A stretch of 27,692 nucleotides of DNA, from positions 1-27,692 of the forward strand of contig DBQM01000057.1 in NCBI GenBank assembly GCA_002305725.1. Reading direction: 5' to 3'. Numbering within the stretch: the stretch's first letter is position 1; each line of letters opens with the position of its first letter. Both the position numbers and the translations under genes were made by a program. Below the pieces are notes generated by a model. That model was given only the letters and a program-made list of their open reading frames with translations, made no database searches and was not told the DNA's origin. Of this stretch, positions 1-7,744 are shown one piece after another. Origin of the DNA: Ruminococcus sp. UBA1394. Lineage in GTDB: Bacteria > Bacillota > Clostridia > Oscillospirales > Ruminococcaceae.

Positions 1-27
1 ATTATATTGTAACAGGAGTTGATGCAG

Positions 28-972
28 ATGCCCTTAGTACCAACGAAAAACAATTCAAATCAAACTAAAACAGAGAAATCCGAAAAACAAGAAGTGGCTT
101 TTATGGTTTCAAAACCCAAATTCAAACTTTCTGACTTAATTCTGTCTGAAAAAAATTTGGACGAATTAAACACAGTTATCAAAGCTAAGGAATGCTGGAT
201 TAAGGTTTTTGTAGAATGGAATCTCCAGTCTGTAATGAAACAAAGAAAGAGTTTGTTTATAAATTTATACGGAGATCCCGGAACAGGAAAAACAATGGCT
301 GCCCATGCAATTGCAAATGAACTCAATAAAGAGATGATTTGTGTTAACTATGCTGACATTGAATCTAAATACGTGGGAGAAACCAGTAAAAATCTGACTT
401 CCCTATTTAAGACCGCTTCCACAAAAGATATCATCATTTTTTTTGATGAAGCGGATGCCTTGCTCAGTAAGCGTGTAACCAATATGTCAAGTTCTACGGA
501 TGTCAGTGTAAATCAGACTCGCTCTGTACTACTTACTTTACTGAATGATTTTGATGGTATGGTGATATTTGCCACAAATTTCATCAGCAATTATGATCCG
601 GCTTTCATGCGTAGAATACAGTACCATATAAAATTTGAACTGCCTGATACAGAATTGAGAAAAAGGTTATGGAGTATGTACATACCAAAAGAAATGCCTA
701 CGAATGCCGATATTCTCGAAATTGCTAAGAAATATGACGGAATTAGTGGCAGTGATATTTCAAATGCCGTATTAAAAGCTGCTTTAAAAGCAGCAAAAAA
801 TCATGCTTTTCTTGTAAAACAATCGGATTTTGAAGAAGCAATCACTGAAATTATAAAAAGCAAAAAGGCAAACAAAAATATTGATGACAGTGATGTGAAA
901 ATCACAAAAACAGAGGTTGTTCCGGAATCAGAGGTTCCGAAAGACATAGTAGCAAAATCAAATAATATGTAA
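28..972 (+). CDS. Classical AAA-family ATPase. Walker A GDPGTGKT, pore-loop-like YVGE, Walker B IIFFDEADAL, sensor-1 ATN, Arg-finger FMRR. It has a short N-terminus with no obvious substrate domain.
   Basis: ORF track 19..972. AGGAG at 14-18 favours the ATG at 28. AAA motifs were read directly from the translation. Confidence 0.75.
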   Translation: MPLVPTKNNSNQTKTEKSEKQEVAFMVSKPKFKLSDLILSEKNLDELNTVIKAKECWIKVFVEWNLQSVMKQRKSLFINLYGDPGTGKTMAAHAIANELNKEMICVNYADIESKYVGETSKNLTSLFKTASTKDIIIFFDEADALLSKRVTNMSSSTDVSVNQTRSVLLTLLNDFDGMVIFATNFISNYDPAFMRRIQYHIKFELPDTELRKRLWSMYIPKEMPTNADILEIAKKYDGISGSDISNAVLKAALKAAKNHAFLVKQSDFEEAITEIIKSKKANKNIDDSDVKITKTEVVPESEVPKDIVAKSNNM

Positions 973-988
973 AATGGAGGAGTTAATC

Positions 989-1357
989 ATGATTTTATTT
1001 TCAGTATTGGCAACAATCGGTGCAGCGGTTGTACTATCTTTGCTTGATAAGTTTTATGATGATATTATCAAGTGGCTCAAGGTTATTGGTCAGGTAGCAA
1101 AAAAAGCTGTGCAGGGGGTGCTTATAGGATGTAAAACTTTTATCAATGCTGGACGTGCTGCTTTTCGCACTGCCGGAAAAGAAATTTCAAGGAATTACTC
1201 AAAAGTCGGCGATCAGTGGCAAGTTACAGAGGTTGAAAGAAATGTTTCTGCTGACAAAATACCTGATGAAATTTATCAGCAGGCTGAACAGACAACAGAT
1301 GATCTGCTTGAACTAACGGCGGATATTGAAGCACAGCTTCTTAAAAATTATCAGTGA
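989..1357 (+). CDS. Small protein with an N-terminal hydrophobic/amphipathic segment. Paralog of the 1803-2249 product.
   Basis: GGAGGAG at 977-983 precedes ATG 989. It is translationally coupled to the AAA ATPase gene. It shares ...NYSK..D....T.V....S.D(K/E)IP(D/A)(E/D)I with ORF 1803-2249. Confidence 0.55.
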   Translation: MILFSVLATIGAAVVLSLLDKFYDDIIKWLKVIGQVAKKAVQGVLIGCKTFINAGRAAFRTAGKEISRNYSKVGDQWQVTEVERNVSADKIPDEIYQQAEQTTDDLLELTADIEAQLLKNYQ

Positions 1358-1365
1358 GGTGCAGT

Positions 1366-1797
1366 ATGGCAAAAGTAAATATATTTGAAAACTTTGGTTC
1401 TTTTCTGGAACAGGGTAAATCCAGTACCAAGAAATCAGATTCTTCTCCGCTGACATGGGAAAAATTCATTGAGAAAACTGGAAAAGATATCGACAAGCGT
1501 CTTATAGCTCATGCTAAAAAAGAAGGACTTGTCTATGTCGGTGGTAAATGTCGTTTTACAGTAACAGCTTCTGAACAGGACGAAAACAAGTTTGTCTTGA
1601 ATGTAGATGCAGAACTGTATTACAAGGATCAGTTTAAAGCTGAAAATAACTTTCAGATCTATCCCCTGCATACCGAAAGGAACTTCGAGGGCTTTGCATT
1701 GGATGATGATGAAACAAAAAATCAGCTTGAAAAGCTCAAAACAGAACAGTATGAATTTAATGTGGAAACACCACAGTTTAAAAATGAAAAGGAGTAA
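1366..1797 (+). CDS. Hypothetical protein of about 143 aa. Soluble and acidic.
   Basis: RBS-like TGAGGTG sits 6 nt before ATG 1366. It overlaps the stop of the upstream gene, so it is operon-internal. Confidence 0.5.
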   Translation: MAKVNIFENFGSFLEQGKSSTKKSDSSPLTWEKFIEKTGKDIDKRLIAHAKKEGLVYVGGKCRFTVTASEQDENKFVLNVDAELYYKDQFKAENNFQIYPLHTERNFEGFALDDDETKNQLEKLKTEQYEFNVETPQFKNEKE

Positions 1798-1802
1798 TTA
1801 TC

Positions 1803-2249
1803 ATGGGATTTTTCAAAAAACTAGGTAGCCTTCTTGACAAAGCATTTGAAAAGATTGCAAAACTTACTAAGAAATTAGTAAAATTCATGGTAAATGGATT
1901 GAGAAAAGTTGCAATGACTATCGGCAAATTCTTTACACTGCTGACACAGTGGATAGACAAGGCTATGAATTACGTTGCAGCAACTTTTGGGGTTATTGTA
2001 TCCGGCGTTCAGACGTTTTTAAAGAAAGTCGGCGATGAATATCAGGAACTTTCATACAACTACTCTAAGCAGTCGGATGGTTCTTACATAAAGAATACGG
2101 TTGTAAAACAGACGTTTGTATCGGAAGACGAAATTCCGGCTGATATAAAGGAAAAAGCTTTGATGATGGAAGAAGGAAACATGATAGATATGTCCACTAC
2201 AACTGCCTCAAAGCAGGAATATGCTTGTAATACTCTAAATATTGCATAA
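1803..2249 (+). CDS. Small amphipathic protein (MGFFKKLGSLLDKAFEKIAKL...). Paralog of the 989-1357 product, with an insertion.
   Basis: AAAGGAG RBS before ATG 1803. Shares the paralog motif with the 989-1357 product. Confidence 0.6.
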   Translation: MGFFKKLGSLLDKAFEKIAKLTKKLVKFMVNGLRKVAMTIGKFFTLLTQWIDKAMNYVAATFGVIVSGVQTFLKKVGDEYQELSYNYSKQSDGSYIKNTVVKQTFVSEDEIPADIKEKALMMEEGNMIDMSTTTASKQEYACNTLNIA

Positions 2250-2266
2250 GGATGGAAGGAAACGTC

Positions 2267-3529
2267 ATGGTTTATATTATTATCTTATTAATTCTTGCAG
2301 GCGCTTTATGGTTTTTTGGTAAAAAAGCCAAAGGTTTTTATAAGGGTCATGAATTTACAATAAAATATATACTACTTTCTTTTTTGTTTGTAACAGTATC
2401 GGCGACTCTTTATGACAGCAGCTCTAATGAAGATTCTTATTATAACAGTTATTATTATGAAAATAATAATGATCTTAATACTGGTCTAATCGTGTCACTT
2501 TGTATTGTTGTTGCTTTATATATAGTTATGCGTTTACTTTGTAAACCGAACATTAATAAATTTTATGATAACAACAGATATACAATAAATTCAATATTTA
2601 TAAGTTCTATAGTTGTATTATTATTATCAGCCTTTATTAAAAGTGTTGCTGTTACTATTATTTGTACTATAGCAGCTGCTGTTATATGCATTTATATAAG
2701 GATATCTTACCAGTCAAGAGTTATTGGTTATATATCTAAATATATTTACAATATTGCTAATGGAATCGATAAGCAAAACTTATTAACTGAAGCTCATTTT
2801 TTCTCACAACCTGAAGCCAAAAGATTGTTGAATCAAGGTTATAAAATTAATGATATGTCGCCTTTGGATTTCATGAGAGCAATTTTAAGAGACAACGTAA
2901 TTAATGGAATAAAAAAAGAATTCATAGAGGGACTTGAGGAAAGTGAAAATAAAGATATAGGAAGAATTTTCTTCTACTACGAATATATACACTATCTCCC
3001 TTACCTTGAAGAACAAGGTATTAATTTAATAGACTGTATTGACGATTTCGGCATTATAAACAGCTCTTATTGGTACATCGAAGATGTGGCATTTTTCAGC
3101 AATGTTCTGTTGGAAGATGCAATATCAGTGGCTGAACTGTCCATAAGAGACACTCCAAAGTTATCAGATGTACCATTTTCACTGTATTATTTTATTAACC
3201 ATATGTATGGCTTGAATTTTTTAAATTCTTATGTAACTGAATATGATTTAGATGGTCTTAAAAATAAACCTGAACTTTTTAAGGATGACTTTGATGCATT
3301 ATATAATTCATTTGGTAAAGCAATGCTTGATGTAATGACAAAGAATAACCGGATAATTAAAACGCCCAGTGGAAATGAAGAGAACGAATTTTTATATTCT
3401 TATAATCATGAAGATGAGGATGGAATAATTAAAGAAGAATATGGTCAGCAGTTTGAAGCTCATAGAGTTCCAATGGATGTTGATATTTCACAAGGACAGC
3501 TGGATGAATTGGCAGGTTGCCCTGCTTAA
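2267..3529 (+). CDS. Polytopic membrane protein. About 4 predicted hydrophobic helices in the first ~150 aa and a ~260-aa C-terminal soluble domain of unknown function.
   Basis: ORF track 2252..3529. GGAAGGA RBS favours ATG 2267, with ATG 2252 as alternative. Long hydrophobic stretches at the N-terminus. Confidence 0.6.
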   Translation: MVYIIILLILAGALWFFGKKAKGFYKGHEFTIKYILLSFLFVTVSATLYDSSSNEDSYYNSYYYENNNDLNTGLIVSLCIVVALYIVMRLLCKPNINKFYDNNRYTINSIFISSIVVLLLSAFIKSVAVTIICTIAAAVICIYIRISYQSRVIGYISKYIYNIANGIDKQNLLTEAHFFSQPEAKRLLNQGYKINDMSPLDFMRAILRDNVINGIKKEFIEGLEESENKDIGRIFFYYEYIHYLPYLEEQGINLIDCIDDFGIINSSYWYIEDVAFFSNVLLEDAISVAELSIRDTPKLSDVPFSLYYFINHMYGLNFLNSYVTEYDLDGLKNKPELFKDDFDALYNSFGKAMLDVMTKNNRIIKTPSGNEENEFLYSYNHEDEDGIIKEEYGQQFEAHRVPMDVDISQGQLDELAGCPA

Positions 3530-3564
3530 TGTTTCCAGATGGTTATAAAAAGTTAACTACAAAA

Positions 3565-3597
3565 ATCTCAGTTACATAATGTGACTGAGATTTTTTA
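3565..3597 (+). terminator. Intrinsic terminator closing the 28-3529 operon.
   Basis: Stem atctcagttac/gtgactgagat with loop ataat, followed by TTTTTT. Confidence 0.6.
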
Positions 3598-3604
3598 AAT
3601 ATCT

Positions 3605-3633
3605 TGATTTCAGTGCTTGCATCTGTTATAATA
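3605..3633 (+). promoter_or_regulatory. Sigma-70-like promoter TTGATT-17-TATAAT for the 3671 gene.
   Basis: Hexamers at 3605-3610 and 3628-3633 with a 17-nt spacer. GGAG sits 10 nt before ATG 3671. Confidence 0.5.
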
Positions 3634-3670
3634 AGTATAGATAAAAAGGAAATAATGGAGAAAAAAATAT

Positions 3671-4336
3671 ATGTCTCTCTTTTCTAACCTTTTCAAGCCA
3701 AAATCTGTCAGTGAAACTGAATCTGTCATAAATCTTCTGAAATGCTGGGAGAAAGAGCATTTTCCTTATAGTGGATACAGTTACACTTCATATACAAGAA
3801 CTAAAATAAATATAAGCAGATATACAGTGTATAAAAGTGAAACAGGAGAAAAAATACAGCTTTCTGATATTGAGTTGCCGCAGACAGAAAAATCAAATGT
3901 CAAGCGTATTGTAAAGGCAGTCGTTGATTGGTGGGAGAATGATAAAAGTTCAACCCTGCCTTATTTTATAGCAGAATACCGCAATAATGTCGCTACTGAA
4001 GTACAAAGGTTCAAAGCAAACTGCATAAAGCTTGATAAGCTTAGCGATGAACTGAAAAAGGACATTCTTTTCTCTGAGATAGAGCGTCTGTTTCAGGCAA
4101 AGCTCAAGGTTCTATATAATGAATTGCTTTTCTGCAAGTTTGAGAATCTTAGAAATGTAAAATATTTTCAGACGATACATAGTAAATTATTGTCGCTCTG
4201 CAATGATATGAAAATTCTGAATACGGCTTTTGCGGATTATATGTATGCCCTTTCCAGAACGGAGTATGAAGATAATAAGCAGGATTTGGAACGAATCCGT
4301 ATCAGTGTAGAAGCAATGTCTGCGGTTGTTGAATAA
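3671..4336 (+). CDS. Hypothetical protein, 221 aa.
   Basis: Own promoter and RBS. Terminator follows immediately. Confidence 0.6.
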   Translation: MSLFSNLFKPKSVSETESVINLLKCWEKEHFPYSGYSYTSYTRTKINISRYTVYKSETGEKIQLSDIELPQTEKSNVKRIVKAVVDWWENDKSSTLPYFIAEYRNNVATEVQRFKANCIKLDKLSDELKKDILFSEIERLFQAKLKVLYNELLFCKFENLRNVKYFQTIHSKLLSLCNDMKILNTAFADYMYALSRTEYEDNKQDLERIRISVEAMSAVVE

Positions 4337-4357
4337 TATGCCAAATAATAAAAATAT

Positions 4358-4398
4358 GCTGCTCATATCCCATATTGTGGGTATGAGCAGCTTTTCTT
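4358..4398 (+). terminator. Intrinsic terminator.
   Basis: Stem gctgctcata/tatgagcagc, then TTTTCTT. Confidence 0.6.
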
Positions 4399-4420
4399 AA
4401 TGATTTTTTCAAAAATGCTA

Positions 4421-4449
4421 TTGCATTTCTCTGCGAATCGTGTTATAAT
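4421..4449 (+). promoter_or_regulatory. Strong promoter TTGCAT-17-TgtTATAAT (extended -10).
   Basis: -35 at 4421-4426, TG at 4442-4443, -10 at 4444-4449. Confidence 0.55.
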
Positions 4450-4456
4450 ATATGTG

Positions 4457-4703
4457 TCAGTTAGCGTATCAAACCCACAACATATGGACAGTACTCATAT
4501 TCATTAGGTGTCGCAACACCAAACAAACCTGAGATTTCAATTTTTCTGTCATAGACATCTAAGGGAATTCACCCTAATAAATTTTATAAAATCGCATAAT
4601 TGTGTAGGGGTGGATCGCCTCCACCAATTGAATATGCGTATTTTTAAAGGTTACAAAAAGGTCGCAAATACGGTAAATAACGTATTTGCGGCTTTTTTGT
4701 TTT
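4457..4703 (+). ncRNA. Candidate small non-coding RNA of about 245 nt. It is bounded by the 4421-4449 promoter and an intrinsic terminator. It contains an internal GGTGGA-tcgcc-TCCACC hairpin.
   Basis: No RBS-preceded ORF lies between promoter and terminator. The track ORF 4508-4744 has no RBS and reads through the terminator. The terminator is cgcaaatacg/cgtatttgcg plus gcTTTTTTGTTTT at 4663-4703. Confidence 0.3.
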
Positions 4704-4793
4704 ATCAGAAATATGCACTTTTGTTCAGTGAGGGGTCAGAGTAAAGGGATTCTGACGAATTTTCTGTCGCAAAATTCTGGAATCCTCTTGTTA

Positions 4794-5046
4794 AAAAACA
4801 ATGCGACAATGCGACAAGGTGATTTTGGTTTGAGTGCGGTTATGTTAAAGTTTGTGGATTTTGGGGGAGATTGCAGCAATTTGCAGTGCTTCAAAAAACA
4901 TATATACAATTCTCTCTTATAAAGAAACAGTGCGACAATGCGACAAGATGAATTTGTTTTAATTGCGATTTTGTTAAAGCTTGTGACTTTGGGGCAGATT
5001 GCGGTATATTGCGGCGTTTTAAAGTATGTATATAACCGTCTTCTGT
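4794..5046. repeat. Two diverged direct repeats of about 128 bp. Each begins with a doubled TGCGACAA and contains doubled TTGCAG (copy 1) or TTGCGG (copy 2).
   Basis: Copy 1 is about 4794-4916 and copy 2 about 4924-5046, roughly 70-75% identical, with a 129-bp period. Related GTCGCAA motifs in the opposite orientation lie at about 4510, 4657 and 4765. Confidence 0.7.
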
Positions 5047-5164
5047 CAGGGAAGTGTGTAGCATCAGTTCTTTGAAGTAAAATTCGCAAAAATAAAAATA
5101 CGCAGGTACAGCGAGAGGTAATCTGAAATACCGTAACAAACAGCCTCCATAAATATATATTATA

Positions 5165-5210
5165 ATTCCGATAAGGTGAATCTTTCAGCCTTATCGGAAT
5201 TTTTGTTTTT
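5165..5210 (+). terminator. Strong intrinsic terminator-like hairpin immediately upstream of the amidoligase RBS.
   Basis: 12-bp perfect stem attccgataagg/ccttatcggaat (5165-5176 / 5189-5200), then TTTTTGTTTTT. Confidence 0.6.
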
Positions 5211-5225
5211 GGGAGGTACTTGAAA

Positions 5226-6320
5226 ATGGAAGAAGAGAGAATCTGTACTCACTGCGGAGAGGAAATCAGTGAGGGAGAAGGAACAACGGTAAACGGAGAT
5301 TTGCTGTGTAATGAATGTGTTGATGAACACTGCATAACATGCGACCACTGCGGAGAAGTCATTTACACAGATGATTGTATCACCGATGACAACACCTGGC
5401 TCTGTCAGGACTGCTTTGAAGATTACTACCGCAGATGCGAAAGCTGCGACAGAATCATTCATGACAATGACGTGAACTGGCATAGTGACCTGCCGTACTG
5501 TGACAGCTGCTATGATGACCTTGATTCAGACGACGAGATTGAGGAGTATAGCTACAAGCCTACGCCATTGTTCAGAGGTGACGGTAAACGATACTTTGGA
5601 GTAGAGCTTGAGATTGACTGCGGTGGAAAGGATAATGATTATGCTTACAGACTGAAAAATATCGGCAACAGTCAGCTTGAAAACATCTACATAAAGTCGG
5701 ATGGAAGCCTTGATGAGGGTCTGGAAATAGTTTCCCATCCAATGACTCTTGAATATCACATGAACGAAATGAACTGGGAGGGTCTGATGAAAGAAGCAAT
5801 AAACCTTGGCTATCGTTCTCACCAGACATCAACCTGCGGACTCCATATCCATGTAAATCGTAATGCTTTTGGGGATAACCAGTCGGAGCAGGAAGAGGTC
5901 ATCAGCAAGATACTCTTCTTCGTTGAGAAAAACTGGAATGAGGTCTTTAAATTCAGCAGAAGAAACAGCTATAACATGAACAGATGGTCAGCAAGATACG
6001 GTTTTGAAAAGACAGGCAAGGAAATCCTTGATAAGGCTAAGAACAGCAGTAATGGCAGGTATGTTGCTGTAAACCTTAACAACTATCATACCATTGAATT
6101 CAGACTGTTCAGAGGCACATTAAAATACAATACATTCATAGCCACATTGCAGATGGTAAATAAAATCTGTGATGTGGCTATTTCTATGTCTGAGAGTGAG
6201 ATTGATGAAATGAGCTGGTCAGAGTTTGTAAGTTCCGTTGAAGAACCTGAGTTAGTGCAGTATCTGAAAGAGCGTAAGCTCTATGTTAATGAGGAAGTGA
6301 ACACTGAGGAGGAAATGTGA
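5226..6320 (+). CDS. Putative amidoligase (glutamine-synthetase-like 'Amidoligase_2'-type) with N-terminal zinc ribbons formed by several CxxC pairs.
   Basis: GGGAGG sits 9 nt before ATG 5226. CxxC pairs: CTHCGEE..CNEC, CITCDHCGE, CQDC..CESCD..CDSC. These are followed by FGVELEI, GLEIVSHP and CGLHIHV, which resemble amidoligase family motifs. A class-II GATase lies downstream in the same operon. Confidence 0.65.
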   Translation: MEEERICTHCGEEISEGEGTTVNGDLLCNECVDEHCITCDHCGEVIYTDDCITDDNTWLCQDCFEDYYRRCESCDRIIHDNDVNWHSDLPYCDSCYDDLDSDDEIEEYSYKPTPLFRGDGKRYFGVELEIDCGGKDNDYAYRLKNIGNSQLENIYIKSDGSLDEGLEIVSHPMTLEYHMNEMNWEGLMKEAINLGYRSHQTSTCGLHIHVNRNAFGDNQSEQEEVISKILFFVEKNWNEVFKFSRRNSYNMNRWSARYGFEKTGKEILDKAKNSSNGRYVAVNLNNYHTIEFRLFRGTLKYNTFIATLQMVNKICDVAISMSESEIDEMSWSEFVSSVEEPELVQYLKERKLYVNEEVNTEEEM

Positions 6321-6544
6321 TGAACAAAGAAAAGGTAAAATCTTTAAAGGAACGTTATCCGGCAGGTACAAGAATAAAGCTTGATTACATGGATGATATT
6401 CAGGCAGTTACGGCGGGTACAAAAGGTACAGTTGACCATGTTGACGATATGGGTACAATCCATATGAAATGGGATAACGGCAGTAGTCTTGGAATATGTC
6501 CTGATACTGACCGTTTTCACGTTGTAGGAAAGGCAGGTGAATAA
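6320..6544 (+). CDS. Small conserved protein, DUF4314-like (YPAGTR..L..MDD.Q....GT.GTV..VDD.GTIH..WDNGSSL).
   Basis: GAGGAGG sits 8 nt before ATG 6320, overlapping the upstream stop. The pattern matches, from memory, a small protein family common in Firmicutes conjugative elements. Confidence 0.5.
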   Translation: MNKEKVKSLKERYPAGTRIKLDYMDDIQAVTAGTKGTVDHVDDMGTIHMKWDNGSSLGICPDTDRFHVVGKAGE

Positions 6545-6546
6545 CT

Positions 6547-7485
6547 ATGTGCGCAATCTACGGATTCTTAAACTACGGCAGAAAAGTTAAAAACAGGGTT
6601 CTGAAAAACATTCTCAGAGAACTGTCAATAGCGGCTGAATGCAGAGGTACTGATGCCACAGGGATAAGCTATGTAAATAATGGTGAAATCGTAACATTCA
6701 AACAGCCGAAACCTGCACATAAAATGAAACTGTTCTTTCCGAAAGATACAGTAGCAGTAATCGGACATAACAGGCTTACAACCCAGGGCAGTGAAAAGAA
6801 AAACTGCAACAATCATCCGTTTGAGGGTAAAACTCCACAGCACAGTTTTGCCTTTGCACATAATGGTGTGCTGTACAATGATAAGGAGATAAGACGTGAA
6901 AAGAAATTACCCAAAACACAAATCGAAACGGACAGTTATGTTGCAGCTCAGCTTCTGGAACAGGCTGAAAATGTCGATATGGATGCTGTTAAAAATATGG
7001 CTGAAATAGTGGAAGGAAGCTTTGTTTTCACGATTCTCCGTGATGACAATACGCTGTTTCTCGTAAAGGGAAGTAACCCGATTACACTGTATCATTTCCC
7101 GGAACAGGGACTGTATATCTACGCATCAACAAAAGAGATTCTGAAAACTGCTTTGAAGAATGCAAAGTTTAAAGAACCCTATGAAGAGATAAAAATTGAT
7201 ACTGGCGATATATTGCAGATAAATTCCGACGGTGAAATTTTCTGTGATACTTTTGAAACTTTAAGCCGCTATAGCTTTGACTGGCATGACTGGTACGGTC
7301 TGTATTCATGTGAGGAATCGGAAGATGATTTGCTTGCAATATGCAATTGCTTCGGAGTAGACAGGGAAGATGTGGAATTTCTTTATTCCTGTGGCTATAC
7401 ACCGGACGAGATAGAGGAAATGCTCTTTGATACAGACCTTTTTGAGGAAACGTTAAATGAAGCAAAAGCGCTGTTAAAGTGTTAA
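6547..7485 (+). CDS. Class-II (Ntn-type) glutamine amidotransferase-like protein with an N-terminal nucleophile Cys2 (MCAIYGF...).
   Basis: AGGTGA RBS. The Met-Cys-Ala-Ile-Tyr-Gly start is typical of Gn_AT_II / Ntn hydrolases. It lies in the same operon as the amidoligase. Confidence 0.7.
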   Translation: MCAIYGFLNYGRKVKNRVLKNILRELSIAAECRGTDATGISYVNNGEIVTFKQPKPAHKMKLFFPKDTVAVIGHNRLTTQGSEKKNCNNHPFEGKTPQHSFAFAHNGVLYNDKEIRREKKLPKTQIETDSYVAAQLLEQAENVDMDAVKNMAEIVEGSFVFTILRDDNTLFLVKGSNPITLYHFPEQGLYIYASTKEILKTALKNAKFKEPYEEIKIDTGDILQINSDGEIFCDTFETLSRYSFDWHDWYGLYSCEESEDDLLAICNCFGVDREDVEFLYSCGYTPDEIEEMLFDTDLFEETLNEAKALLKC

Positions 7486-7514
7486 GCATAAAAAATGAAA
7501 TGGAGGAAATCAAC

Positions 7515-7628
7515 ATGAAAGAATTTTTAGCAGGACTTATTCTGACACTGGTTGTCGGAGGCGTTGGAATCGCAATCGAAATGCAGCAGGAGAAAGAGGT
7601 GAAATATATCGATGCCAATAGCAATTGA
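7515..7628 (+). CDS. Small hydrophobic peptide, 37 aa (MKEFLAGLILTLVVGGVGIAIEMQQEKEVKYIDANSN).
   Basis: TGGAGGAAA RBS 5-6 nt upstream. Not in the ORF track because it is under 60 aa. Shares FLAG and AIEM motifs with the next peptide. Confidence 0.35.
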   Translation: MKEFLAGLILTLVVGGVGIAIEMQQEKEVKYIDANSN

Positions 7629-7692
7629 GATGTTTCTTGCAGGTGTTGCGTGTGGTATGGAGATTCTGGCACTTGTTAAGAATAAGAAGTAA
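7612..7692 (+). CDS. Small hydrophobic peptide, 26 aa (MPIAIEMFLAGVACGMEILALVKNKK).
   Basis: GAGGTGA RBS 9 nt upstream. Overlaps the end of the previous peptide in another frame. Confidence 0.3.
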   Translation: MPIAIEMFLAGVACGMEILALVKNKK

Positions 7693-7697
7693 AACTG

Positions 7698-7731
7698 TGA
7701 GGCTTGGCGTATGCTGAGCCTCATTTTTTTG
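7698..7731 (+). terminator. Intrinsic terminator closing the amidoligase operon.
   Basis: Stem tgaggct/agcctca, then TTTTTTT. Confidence 0.6.
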
Positions 7732-7744
7732 GAGGGAATTGAAA

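Noticed and set aside
4794-5046. Considered whether the direct repeats are a CRISPR array.
   Set aside because: There are only two copies. The units are about 128 bp and diverged, with no short identical repeats separated by unique spacers.
4508-5139. Track ORFs 4508-4744 (+), 4686-4922 (+), 4736-5089 (-) and 4891-5139 (-).
   Set aside because: None has an RBS. They run through an intrinsic terminator or lie inside the iteron-like repeats. Their composition is low-complexity and repeat-driven.
7169-7724. Minus-strand ORFs 7169-7672, 7527-7724 and 7537-7779.
   Set aside because: They are antisense to the GATase gene and the micro-ORF region and have Pro/Ser/Leu-rich low-complexity translations. 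They are typical shadow ORFs.
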